DNA of 60,717 nucleotides, filler included, from Sphacelaria rigidula (taxonomy: Eukaryota): assembly GCA_964200075.2 (NCBI GenBank). It is 9 parts of 9 records of this genome, joined end to end, with 100 filler letters (N's around TTAATTAATTAA, not from the genome) between each part and the next. Parts side by side here need not be neighbours in the genome. Positions count along the whole stretch, not along the records: positions 47,304 to 53,960 come from CAXNAA020018793.1; positions 54,061 to 60,717 come from CAXNAA020018794.1; 7 more parts are not named here. One strand, given 5' to 3'. The notes under the pieces are model-generated. The model was not told the DNA's origin, did no database searches, and was given only the letters and a program-made list of their open reading frames with translations. Made by a program: the position numbers and the translations under genes. Each line of letters starts with the position of its first letter. Positions within the stretch are counted from its first letter, which is position 1. Positions 49,664 through 60,717 of the stretch are shown piece after piece.

Positions 49664-52222
49664 TTAGTCTAGTCTACTATGTTGTTCTGTTCTACCTTTT
49701 ATGTTTATTCTTTTTCTTCAGCAAGAGTTTAAGTTTTGTTTTCTCTTGGGTACGTCTATCATGTGATCACGGTTGGATCCCTAGGGGTGGATTAAAATGT
49801 GACAAGAAATCAAAAGCAATCAAGTACAGTATTCCACACCTTCACTACAGACTGCGTGAAGCTATGCGGGCAAACACACACGGGGTCAAACACGCGGCAA
49901 AGGCAAAGACCACGAGCAGAGAAAAAAGTGCGTCCGTTTTGCCCTGTTATCAGTAGTTAAATTATCAAGACCAGAATGAGAAGTACGGCTAAACAGCGGA
50001 GAAGTCCATCTGTAGGCCATCTGTAGGGGAACAAAGTGACCAATTTGACAGCCGTGATTGGTCAGACTGGTCACTCCGCTCCTCTCGGCCCTCGTTGCTG
50101 GCTTGTAATTTTCCGTACGAAACTTCCAAACACAACATGGTTGTCTTGGTGAGCTGTTCGACTGTTCGGCGACAGGCCCCCAACTCCCTGTCAAAAACAA
50201 CCCCTCCCCGCCCCCTGGAAGCCCTCGGATGCCCCTGACTGTCAGCCGCGATGAAACTGTTCCGAGACGACGCTCGCTGTCTGAGGGTTGAGATGGGCGC
50301 TTATACGCGCCGAAACACTAAAATAATCAGATTCGTATGCTTTGATCACCTTGAACACTTGAACGTAAAGTTAACCTATTGGCGCGGAGCCATAAGGTTG
50401 GGGGTACAGGCGTTGAAGGTCGGCCGTCGATATTGTTCCGAAAAAGTCCTAATAGGTGAACACGCAAAACTGGAGTAAAAAAGTCAGTTTTGAACTTGCA
50501 TGTTCTCGAAAAACAAGGATCTGTAGTTCCGGAGATGCCACATCTAGAGAGTATTTTGACGAGATTTTCAAGTTAATGGCGATGTGATTGTCTGCAGTTT
50601 TCGAGAAAATTTAGATTGAACATGTAGTCAAAGGAGGTGTTATATACCGTATCAAACTGGCGAGTGTCACGCGTTGCGCATTGTACCCAGGCACATTGTA
50701 ATTGCTACTGGACTATATACCTTCTGCGAGTAGCGTATCCATGAACCTTGCCATCAGAAGCAACAGACGCATTATTGCTATTACCGCCACTAGAAGTTGG
50801 CATGCCTGTCCGCTCCACCAGCCTTTGCTCGAGCCAGTGCTGTTGGCTGTCCTGTGTAACAGATCAGAGTGAGCTAAATCCGATGCTCGGACCCGCGGTG
50901 GATGAAATGGTGATATATCTGCAAACAACTTCTACTCTCACCACAGCAGAACCTTTCAACAACGAAACAAGCGTCATTCTGATCATATATAGCTCTTTCT
51001 TCAGCATATCATTTTTTTTACGTGTGCAAGAAATGGATTTGCTGACCGCAACGAGAAGCAGGTTGGAAAACGCTCCACGTATATGCGGTACAGGCGGAGA
51101 AATCTCCCTCTGTCTGCGGTCCGTCTACTGACTACTGTCGGGTATGTAACAGGCTGGATATCGCATAGCGTGTACAACCGTGGCGAACGATCAGCTGTCT
51201 GCTGCCCCGCCGGAGGGTGGTGCGGTGGGTTTGAATACCAAGTCTTGGCTGGCGCTTTCTAGGTAAAGACACCAAGGAAAGGGCACGAATCTGAACACCC
51301 GAAGGGCAAACACGATTTATGTCTGGGTATTTTTGCGCCATAATACTTAATTCAAGTCCTTTTCGTGTTCTTGTGTCATGTCACGCTTGTCTTCTTGCTC
51401 ACAACTACAGAGATCTGCACACCCCGATTATACGACATGGTATACAATACGCAGTTCAATCTCGATCATCTCGAAAATGTTAGTTGCGACACCATCCAAA
51501 TGGTATCACCCGGGGGAGATATTACCGGATCTCTCGAGAGTGCAGGGCCTTCATTCCCCATCAAAATCATGGTTGGGAATCTTGTCAATTGGAGCCAGAG
51601 GGTGTTATATACCGTAAGCTGCTATAGTTCTACTGTCTATTGTCTACAACAGTACGACAACAGTCAGTGTGCAAAGTCACTGCAGACAACACTGCGGCAG
51701 GACTACCATGCAGCAGTCAACGAGTACTCTGCAGCTGCAGTTGCTTTTGTGGTTACGCTTGCGAGTAGCTGTCATTTATCGCTGTGCTTTGGCTATATTA
51801 TTATGCAAAGGTTGCAGAAGCAGACGTTGAGCTGATTGAAAATGTTCCAGTATCCAGTAGGAGTATTTGATGGTCTGTTGTGTTCGGTCGGTCTTGTTCA
51901 ACTTCACTGCGACTTGTTCAACTTCCTCACCTACCACCTGTATGTTGAGAACTGTTCCGGGAACCGGCTCTCGTTTCCGCATCCGCCTAGCCCTGGTGGG
52001 CTTTTGCTGACATCCCGCTTACCGTGCAGGACAGCACTACGCCACTATGCCATGTAGTGTCTAAGCTTGCGCGTAGCTGTACATTTTTTGTGTGCTTTTG
52101 ATGCTACGGCCCCGCGGTCCCATTATCCTTGGAGTTAATTACTTTCTTGACGGGGGAAAAATATATTGATGGTCTTGCCAGACGTAGACACACTTCCACA
52201 CTCTGGAAAATGGGCACAATAA

Positions 52223-52412
52223 GACCGTGTCTCTTCAAATTGTTTTTGACTCGAAAACGTACGGTGGAATCAAATTTCCTCGTACCTGATACGTCCACGG
52301 CATTCATGTTCTCAACCATCTCAGAAAATTAGTAGCGTGGACGAATCAGAAACGAGCGAATTGGATTCGACCGCACGTTTTTGACACAAAAACAATTTGA
52401 TAAGACACGGCT
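52223..52412. mobile_element. Tourist-like hairpin MITE with ~77-bp arms and TAA TSD
   Basis: GACCGTGTCTCTTCAAATTGTTTTTG...CGTCCACG / CGTGGACG...CAAAAACAATTTGATAAGACACGGCT; TAA at 52220-52222 and 52413-52415. Confidence 0.85.
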
Positions 52413-53341
52413 TAATAGTCTATTGCTTCAGCAATGGACGCGGGGGGAAATCTATCGATATATATTATCGAACACGATAGATGTTAGGCAAATCGAAGAT
52501 GTACCGGGACAGAATCTGCTTAATTAAATTAGCGGGCGAAGCCCGTATCACGAGCCAAACCTCCCACACGAACAGCATACTGTAGGGTAACCCAAAGTGA
52601 TTACACAGAAGCGCGACTATGGCCGAGTGTTCAAACTCGGCACTGGTCCAAAATTGGAGACCTGTCCACGATCAGACGGGGAACTAAAACATGGGACACA
52701 TCCTGTTTCACTACTGTACCGCAGCGAAAACACTCAAGCCTCTCATGTGTTGGAGCTTCCACTGTCTGCTCTGTTGTGGTGTGTTCACGCATCGCGATGA
52801 CGGTTTGGATCGCATGAGCTGCGATATTGTCGTTGTATTCGTCTCTCCACAAAACAACGTTAGTCGGTACGCAGTGCTGGCTGGACACTGTTGAAAGCTT
52901 CATGGGTGGGTTGACTGTTTCTTCTTCGGAAAGACGAACGACGCTCTGTCCGTTGCTGCGACACCCCTGCTGGTGCCGTGCCTTGGGCGCCTGTACTGTA
53001 CTGTACTGTTGTATTGTGTTCGGTGTACAATACTGTACTGTATTATCTATGATACTGCATTTGTCTGAAACGCGCTACGAGTTAGACCGCACAACACTTG
53101 GTTCTAGAGTACTCCCCTGGCGATTCCCAAGCGAAATGGAGCGATATGATTGGTAAGTTACCGAGCGATCTGTCCCGCTCCAAATACAGTTTGCCAGATG
53201 GTAAAATACATGTATTGATATGTATAGCGAAGGACAAAAGATGTCGCAGGAGTTGATCGATAGCCTTTGGGAATTACGATAGATAAATATCACTCGCTAT
53301 CGATGGACATCGTGTACCGCAATAGATTCTGGAATGTAAAT

Positions 53342-53545
53342 ATCGATAGCCATTACCGTAACCAAGAGGTTTGGTCAGCCATCCATCCATAGTGATTGCT
53401 GTTATCAATAGGTTTGGTGAGTCATCCATATGTAGTTATTGCCGTCATCAATAGATTAGGTGAGCCATCTATCAATACCTATTACCGCCATCAGTAGATT
53501 TGGTGAGCCGTCTATCGGTAGCCTCTGCCGCCAACAGTGCATTTT
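53342..53545. repeat. 43-bp minisatellite, ~4.7 diverged units
   Basis: Consensus approximately ATCGATAGCTATTGCCGTCATCAATAGATTTGGTGAGCCATCT. Confidence 0.85.
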
Positions 53546-53630
53546 TTGGTATCTATGTGTCCGAGTGGTCTCGAGTTGTAGAGGAGGGGGCTAGTTTGTA
53601 CACGACAGCTTGGATCGAAGNNNNNNNNNN

Positions 53631-53960
53631 GTTGAACCCTAACATGGTGGCCATACTAATCTCGTAGTGTCACCTGTCTTTTCCTGTTTTGTCCTTTATT
53701 GTCTTCTCTCTTCCTTCCTTTCGGTGTACACTTTTGGCAGATCTGGCGTTTGTCGTTTGTTTGTTTGTTTTTCTTTCTTTCTTTCTTTTCTCTCCCCGTT
53801 GAACTCGGGGGAGCTACTTCTCGCCGGTTTTCGTGGCGTCTCTCTTCTTATTTTTATTTTTGGTAATGTGTCTGGTAAGGAATAGCAGGAAACGGTATTG
53901 GAGAGGCGAGCATACGTCTGTGACCACGGGTTCGCGAAATCAGACTAATGTTCGGCAATA
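53631..53960 (+). mobile_element. Retroposon (LINE/SINE) 3' UTR-like repeat ending in GTGACCACGG...TAATGT motif
   Basis: Pyrimidine-rich tract followed by a motif shared with 49755-49815 (+), 55020-55085 (-), 58925-59650 (-) and 60650-60690 (-), several of which run into microsatellite tails. Confidence 0.55.
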
Positions 53961-55300
53961 NNNNNNNNNNNNNNNNNNNNNNNNNNNNNNNNNNNNNNNN
54001 NNNNTTAATTAATTAANNNNNNNNNNNNNNNNNNNNNNNNNNNNNNNNNNNNNNNNNNNNTTTATTACTCTGGCCTGCGTGATCATGAGTCCCCCCCCCC
54101 CCCCCCCCCTTCCCCATTTTTTCACGGGATCAAAGTTGAGATCAGTCTACGAACACGTATGAGTTGACAGTGTCTCCACTCTACCTGTTGTGGATCCCGC
54201 TTTAAATATGATTGATGATTATGAACTCTATATGACCCGACCCGCGTCCTAATTCATAACCCCGGGCATGTCAACCGGGACCGTAATTCCGCGCCTGTCA
54301 CCCTTCAATCTCGAATCCGGGCTACGTCATACTCCTCATCTTTGGTGCCTTGTCACTCACCCTCGCCAGTCGGTTCTATCCTTGCCCCACGCTCTTCCCT
54401 GCACAGATTTATCCAATCCAAGTCCACGTCGCGTCCCTACACACGCCGTACCCCTACACCGAGTGAGAAGGTATAACCCACGTACACAGCCATCACCCCG
54501 AACCAGATAAGCTACGGCCGCTGTCCACAAGCCTCTTATAGCAACACCCATATGGATAGAATAATACCTCAGAAAATATTGCGATTCATCTGACGCTTTC
54601 ATACTCAAGGGATATCCCACAACGCTGCAGTTTGGGACGAGTTATGCGTCAGGGCACACATGTTCATTTGTGATAATGAACTACTCCTGCAGAGATACCC
54701 TTTGGGGTAGGAGCATATCGATGGATACAAAACACTTCCCGAGAGCCCGTGGAATTGTCGTAGCGCTTGAAACTGTCGACAAAACGATTTTTTTTTTCGG
54801 GGGGGGGGGGGGGACTTTTTTAAAAAAAAAAAAATTGTTTGCACACGAAAAAAAAAAACTCTTGGAAAAAATATACTCTGCCCGACCTTTAGCACGGTCT
54901 CAGATGAGAAATAACAATTTCGTTGGGAGGCTTGAACCGGTTAGTTTTGCTCAGTTCTATACCAAGTGACTCTTCTAGAAAACATATGATGTCCCAGCGG
55001 AGCTCATGATTTGGTTTAATTGATTTTCGCACATGGACTGATCCTCCCAGGGATCCAGCCGTGGTCACATGATGAACGTATCCGAGATTGAAAACAAGAC
55101 GGAAACATCCGCTGGAGAAATGTGTACAAACCAGAGAGGTGGAGAAGGGTAGACTGAAAAAAAAAGGAGAAGATCTTGCGCAATAAACACACGCACTAAT
55201 ACCGAAATCGGTGAGATCAAAAATCCCTGGGAAAACCTTACGGCTCATCTATTCCGACCATTACTATTCTGCGAATGAAGCTCTCACCCATGAACCCTAC

Positions 55301-55808
55301 CACGGTTTGGACGACTAGGGCCGAAGCTCCTCAGAGCAGGGCGGTGCGTGCACTGCGCCAAGTTGATGGGGGGGGGGGGGTTAGTGGGAGGATCCCCCAT
55401 ACTGCCTTGAGCCACCGCTCGAGGTGCCTTCCCCACATGACTGCCGCGAGGTGGTCTAGCCGAGCCGTAGGGTAATCGGCACACCAACTCGCTAGCGGGG
55501 TAAGTGTCGGGTTGGGTTTCCTCCTTTCTTCAAGGAAAAAAAAAAACGGTTCGGACGAATCATCGCCGGTTCGAATCATGAAATCCGCGGTTTTTCAGGC
55601 CTGATTACTCGAAAAAGATTGAAATAAAAGAGTTGACCGCTGATCAAAAAGATCTCCACGCAGTTTTTGCGCAATGCCAGGTGCCTGGGCTGCGCGTACC
55701 TGGGTTGCAACGCTGAAAACAAAACCTAGGGATTGATTCGTACGGTACGAATCAATGGCACTAAAATCAAAAAGTTTCCGGACGAATCATGAATTCGTCC
55801 AAACCTTG
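55301..55808. mobile_element. hAT-type MITE with 8-bp TSD, interrupted by a retroposon
   Basis: TIR CACGGTTTGGACGA(AT) / ATTCGTCCAAACCTTG; TSD AACCCTAC at 55293-55300 and 55809-55816. Confidence 0.85.
55315..55546 (+). mobile_element. ~220-bp poly(A)-tailed retroposon (SINE or LINE 3' end) with 13-bp TSD
   Basis: A-tail at 55536-55546; TSD ACGGTT(T/C)GGACGA at 55302-55314 and 55546-55558; homologous copy inverted at 57853-58090. Confidence 0.85.
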
Positions 55809-56378
55809 AACCCTACGGAAGCGAGGCATCAAACTACCAGTTGCCTACACGAGGGATGTAGGAACACAAATACAGAGCGAAAGAAAGAGAGGAAACACAA
55901 TATTTGAGGCATGAGCCTGAGAATGATGCAATATGCGTGCTACCAAAAGCATTTTCCCCCTTCGGCACACTTTCACCCTGCTCCTTTCCTCGGGACGAGT
56001 TCGTGGTCTTGGGATATCAACTCTCCTCTCTACCCCGACACACGCCTTGCGATTTGGGATCGCCGATTTGATCAGCACTCCCGCATCGCGTTGACGCTCG
56101 TCAAAGGAACCAACTCTGATACTCACGTTCTCAGGTCCTGAATAACGGAATAAGAAAGTTCCGAGCAAAAAAAAGCAAAAAAAACGCTGGGCTCACATCT
56201 GCCGTAAAAAACGCTGGGCTCACATCTGCCCGACCGAACAGGTATCGGTTGTACCCGGAAAAATCATTGGACAGCGGCGACAGTACAGCTTCACAGATAA
56301 CAGCAGTTTACAGCCCATATATTGGAGCATACCGCTGTAAACCTTTTGGAAGAAGCACTTAAAATGATCAAAACTTGC

Positions 56379-56462
56379 CTTTTTGATGAACCTTCTCCGC
56401 GCCCCGACGTCGTACAAGGTTTCCTTCGCCACTGCTTCTTTTCTCCGCAGGTATTCCACAGC
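56379..56462 (-). CDS. Probable internal exon of an unidentified coiled-coil gene (AVEYLRRKEAVAKETLYDVGARRRFIKK)
   Basis: Branch-like TACTAAT plus ccatcAG acceptor; donor either AAG|GCAAGT (GC-AG, 84 nt) or AAG|GTTTAC (exon end 56343, 120 nt), both phase 0. Confidence 0.55.
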
Positions 56463-57336
56463 CTGATGGATTAGTAAAAAAAAAGAAGAAAAAAGCACTG
56501 GAGCAATTCATGAACAAGCACTACCTTTCACTTCGCACACTTATTCAGTCAATAAACGCCTACTTCGTATAACGTTCCACCAGAAGAGGTAAAAACGCTT
56601 GGATAAAAGTATTGAAATTGTCCCCAAACGGTGATCATGACCAGATTTTATTCCGTACTCACCAACCACTCAAAAGCACCCAAATGTGAGTTTCACATAA
56701 AACAAATCCTGAATATATCTTCTCAATGTGCCCTAACATCACGATTATATTCCACCGTTTCCCCTCACATTCATTAAACCATCAGCGTTCTTAGTTTCCA
56801 CATGAGAATGCCCAATGAAGAATAAAACACTGGCCCGAAATCAACATCACCGATCAACTAGAACATGCAGCAGAATTAAACGATGGCCGAGAGACGTGTA
56901 CGAACGGGTTTTTTTCTGCCAAGCAACAAATGAAAACACCATGTGACAGACACCCTTTATACACCAAAGCAAACACCCAATTCCTCCAAGGAAAGGCGCG
57001 CAAGGGAGGGACGCGTATAATCTTTTTGGGTTTGCCCAATGTGTCATATGCAACTATGGGTTAAGCTGCGGAAGAAGTTGTAAGGAATGTCTGAGCGTGA
57101 GATTGTGATTTTGGACGGTATTTCCTGCTCCCCTGCGCTCTTTGAAAAAAAACGCTATTTGAGAGCAATTAGGGCTATCCACAAAAATGGATCCACAGCG
57201 ATTAAATCTGGCACGAGATGGATCCGGTGAAGTATGATTTGTGTGCCCATACTCGCTCTGTGGGGCGCATTGGATCGACGTACAATCGCCACACCGTTGC
57301 GTGTGTGCGCGCGCGCGTCTCCCCCCCTCTCTTTCC

Positions 57337-57367
<31 letters not shown>

Positions 57368-57852
57368 CAAGATGGTTTTGCGAAAAATGACGCCAGCAAA
57401 GGCAACCTCGATACCACACACACACATACACACGTGGGTTATGAAACACAACCCATGACGCTGCGGTACTGTCATACGGGAAAAACGCGACCTCGTGGCG
57501 TTGTGTCTTGGTTGCGAACTCATTGGCTCGGAAGTGGGTTTGGGCTCCTTCGCTGATGCCTTCGGCGGCACGGCTTTCGACAGAGCGATTTGCTTCATGG
57601 TAACGAGGCGTGCTTGTTGCGGACGTGATTTAGCGCCGAGTCGTGAGACACGCAGCAGTAGGAGGGGCTCAAGAAAACTGTGACCTCATACTATTCGAGT
57701 AAAACGGTAAGCACAAGAACTTTGTCCGGGTACTGTAGTTGTTGCAGTTCATGACGTGCCATCGTGGTTGAGCGATGGAAAAGTGCTGCGCCTTGTTCAG
57801 GTGTGTCGTACTGTGCCGCATCGCGTTGTACTGAAGAGTTGTCTGCTTTCTC

Positions 57853-58090
57853 CCTTGAAGGAAGGAGGAAACCTCGCCCGAATACTTACCCCATGAAAGG
57901 GTTCGCGCGCCGATTACCCCGAGGCTCGGCTAGACTACCATGTGGCGGTCATATGGGGTAGGCGCCTCGAGCGTTCGGAAAGGTTTGCTCAAGGCAGTGA
58001 GTGTAGGGGGTCGAGCCCACTAAACGTCCCCGTCGACTTAGCGCAGTGCACGCGCCGCGCTGTTCTTATGAGCTTCGGCCTCAGGCAGTT
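57853..58090 (-). mobile_element. Second copy of the ~220-bp retroposon
   Basis: The reverse complement aligns along 55315-55535 (GGCCGAAGCTC...GTCTAGCCGAGCC...GGGTAATCGGC...GGTTTCCTCCTT.CTTCAAGG). Confidence 0.85.
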
Positions 58091-58620
58091 AGTTGCCTTG
58101 TCTAATGCCGCCGGACTTCTTGTCTAAAAAAGCTTGTATGACCTCTATCGTGGGCGTATGCATGGATTTTCACATCTGGATAAAAATATTCCAAGAAAGA
58201 TATTCAATAACGTATCGAGGCATACTAATGATGAGAGTCTACAAGGCGTTGTCACGGCTCATGCACCGAGCGCAGAGTTGAACTTTCAGAACGACTCACT
58301 CGTTGTGCGTACGTCATCCGAATATATCGGGTGTGTTTTTTCCGAGATTTACACAGACGGAAACGAAGAACGAACATTTGTTTACTGAACTTCTTCATCC
58401 ACGACTTCAACGGTGCAGGTGTGTAGTAGAGACTGCGCACGTGCATATTAACCACAATCCTCGTGTCGCGATGTGGGGAAATGTAAACCAATCAAGAGAA
58501 TAAATTTTTCAGAAAAAAGAAGAAAAAAAAGGAAAAACGAAAAAAAAAGGGGGGGGGAGGAACGTTTGCGCGAAGTATGCGCACCGAACACACACGCACA
58601 TACAAGTACACCGTACAAAC

Positions 58621-58836
58621 CTCGTCAAGGTCCTTCGTGGGGTCCAGCGTGGGCGTATCCGATGACTCATTAGCAATGGACTGCTCTAGTTTACCGGGTG
58701 CCTCCTCGACATCGAAGTCTTTCTTGGCAATCCTGTCGGTGATGCTTCGAACGGCCTCCAGTGCCGAAGCGGAGAGGAGCGACAGCCTTTTCGTCACGGT
58801 CGTCAGCTCGCTCGCTTTTTGTCGGAGGATGATTTC
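58621..58836 (-). CDS. Probable internal exon of an unidentified coiled-coil gene (EIILRQKASELTTVTKRLSLLSASALEAVRSITDRIAKKDF...)
   Basis: 216 nt, phase 0-0, AG acceptor at 58837 and GAG|GTTTGT donor at 58620; GC-rich open frame between AT-rich flanks. Confidence 0.65.
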
Positions 58837-58885
58837 CTGTTTCCGTCGCGATGCAGAAAAGACGACAAAAGCAAAAACAAAACAA

Positions 58886-59650
58886 AAACAGAAAATGGCA
58901 TGTGAACAAAAAGTAATGTACATATTGATTGATTGATTGATTGATTGATTGTCGCACGTTGACTGACGCCCAGAGATCTAGCCGTGGTCAGTCACATGGT
59001 GGACATGCCCGAGATAAATAGCAATAGGAAAACACTCGCTGAAAAAAAGGGAACAAAACAGAAAGGCAGAACCGTGCAAAAAAGCATGAAGAAACAGAAA
59101 ATGGCATGTGAACGAAAAGCAGTATACTGATCGATTGATTGAATGATCGTCGCACGTTAACTGACCCCCAGAGATATAGCCGTGGTGATAACAAAATGAA
59201 AACACTCGCTGAAAAAAAGGGAACAAAACAGAAAGGCAGAACCGTGCAAAAAAGCATGAAGAAACAGAAAATGGCACGTGAACGAAAAGCAATATACTGA
59301 TCGGTTGATTGATTGATTGTCGCACAAAACCTGACCCGCAGGGATCCAGCCGTGGTCACATGATATACGTACCCGAGGTGAAGAAACAAAAATAGAAACA
59401 CTCGCTGAAAAACATGAACAGGAAGGCAAAAAAATCAAAATAACAGAGTACACGGAACAAAACAAAACAAGAAGACAAGGGGAAAAATTACCGTCCGTTG
59501 TGCCATGGCTTCGGTGGGAAAAGTCTCGTATGCATGTGTACATGTGTGTATTTGATCGATTGCCGCACATTGACTCATCCCGGGGGATCCAGGCATGGTC
59601 ATTATCCGCAAGATAGATGAACCCGAGGTGGGAAAAACGGAAACGCCCTC
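58886..59650 (-). repeat. Tandem array of 3-4 retroposon 3' ends (170-205 bp units) with (AATC)n tails
   Basis: 59028-59185 and 59198-59355 are near-identical; each unit has GATTGATTGTCGCAC...AGCCGTGGT. Confidence 0.85.
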
Positions 59651-60560
59651 TCAAGAAAAAAACATGAAAATACAAAAAGATGAAACAAGCGGAGTAAGCT
59701 ACAAAAAAAAAAAGTGGGAAAAAGAGACAGAGAGAGTCGACACAAATACAAAGCAATAACAAAACAAAACCGACCAGCAGAAGTAAAGAGAGAGGGAACG
59801 GACTTACGAGCTGGGCGTCTGCCTACAAGCTGATTCTTTCCACCGTACATATCCCCATGTGAACATATTTTCCGCGACCGGGAGATCGCCATGCGTGTGC
59901 TCTGATCGCTCTCAATGTACTTGACGATGTTAGATACAAAAGCACAGGTTATGTGCCGACAATATACCGAGTAAGGTATAGTGCGAAACTACCAAAAAAT
60001 GCACACCTGGAGAGAGGGCTCTGCATCACGCAACACAAGTATAGCCCACGGACAGCAAAGGCAGCAAGGACGACGAACGCCTCCTCACCGTTCTTCATTT
60101 TTCGCCCTCCACATCTTGCTGGCCGGCATAAACACAAGCACACACATGCTGACATTTTCCAGAGCTCTGCACGCACCGTGCCCTGTACACAAACTACGTT
60201 CCTTCGGCAACCTATCCGTACAACGTCACCCCCCCTCCCCCCCATCCATGATGGTGGTCAGGCTAGATCATATTGTGCAGAGTGGAGAACCCGAACTCCG
60301 CTCAAGGGATGCTCGTACCACGTAGTGTTTATATGGTGAGACATCCATGAGGAAGCGTGTAACCCGTGGCTGTCTCTGAAAGTAGTGATACCATAGAATG
60401 AAGCAACTCGAAGCTGTCATCCAATTGCAATATAATCACTTCGCTGCGGGCCGAACAATCTCACCAGGATGCAGCTCACCCTTTATACGATTCGCCAACA
60501 CATCGCAGCGCTTCGCGCTTGGTGCTTGCTAAGCCTGTTCCGGCGACTTTCGGCGTGCTC

Positions 60561-60690
60561 TATTATTATGATTTTTATGATTATTATGATTATTATGATT
60601 AATATGATTAATATGATTATTATGATTTTTATTATCATCATCATTATATCCGTCACATTAGCTCGATATCTCGAACCCGTGGTCACACGG
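60561..60690 (-). mobile_element. Retroposon 3' end with AT-rich (ATAATC-like) microsatellite tail
   Basis: Minus strand GTGACCACGGGTTCGAGATATCGAGCTAATGTGACGG followed by ATAATGATGATGATAATAAAAATCATAATAATC... Confidence 0.6.
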
Positions 60691-60717
60691 TGCAAGGATC
60701 ATACCACCCATACCCAT

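Overview
This window is not one locus. It is nine unrelated ~6.66 kb contigs (1-6658, 6759-13416, 13517-20174, 20275-26932, 27033-33689, 33790-40446, 40547-47203, 47304-53960, 54061-60717) joined by artificial N-TTAATTAATTAA-N spacers. The DNA is eukaryotic, intron-rich and repeat-rich. The LINE family, gene structure and TTAGGG repeats suggest a brown alga (Phaeophyceae); this is an inference. Recognisable host coding sequence: three minus-strand exons of a CFAP57/WDR65-like WD40 gene, one exon of a TTLL1-like tubulin polyglutamylase, a small ORF ending in a WW-like motif, and a few exons of an unidentified coiled-coil gene. The rest is mostly mobile DNA: a decayed LINE and its dispersed 3' ends, Gag-like relics, Mariner, hAT and PIF/Harbinger-type non-autonomous elements, tRNA-like SINE heads, and a ~367-bp satellite filling contig 3. 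The most notable observations are (i) a TGT...ACA MITE family with 4-5 bp TSDs that carries telomeric TTAGGG arrays, (ii) a LINE with no poly(A) tail that appears to insert at C-runs (18-bp TSD), and (iii) a hierarchically structured satellite. I cannot support an intact novel multi-gene system from this sequence. No database searches were run; family assignments are from motif recognition.
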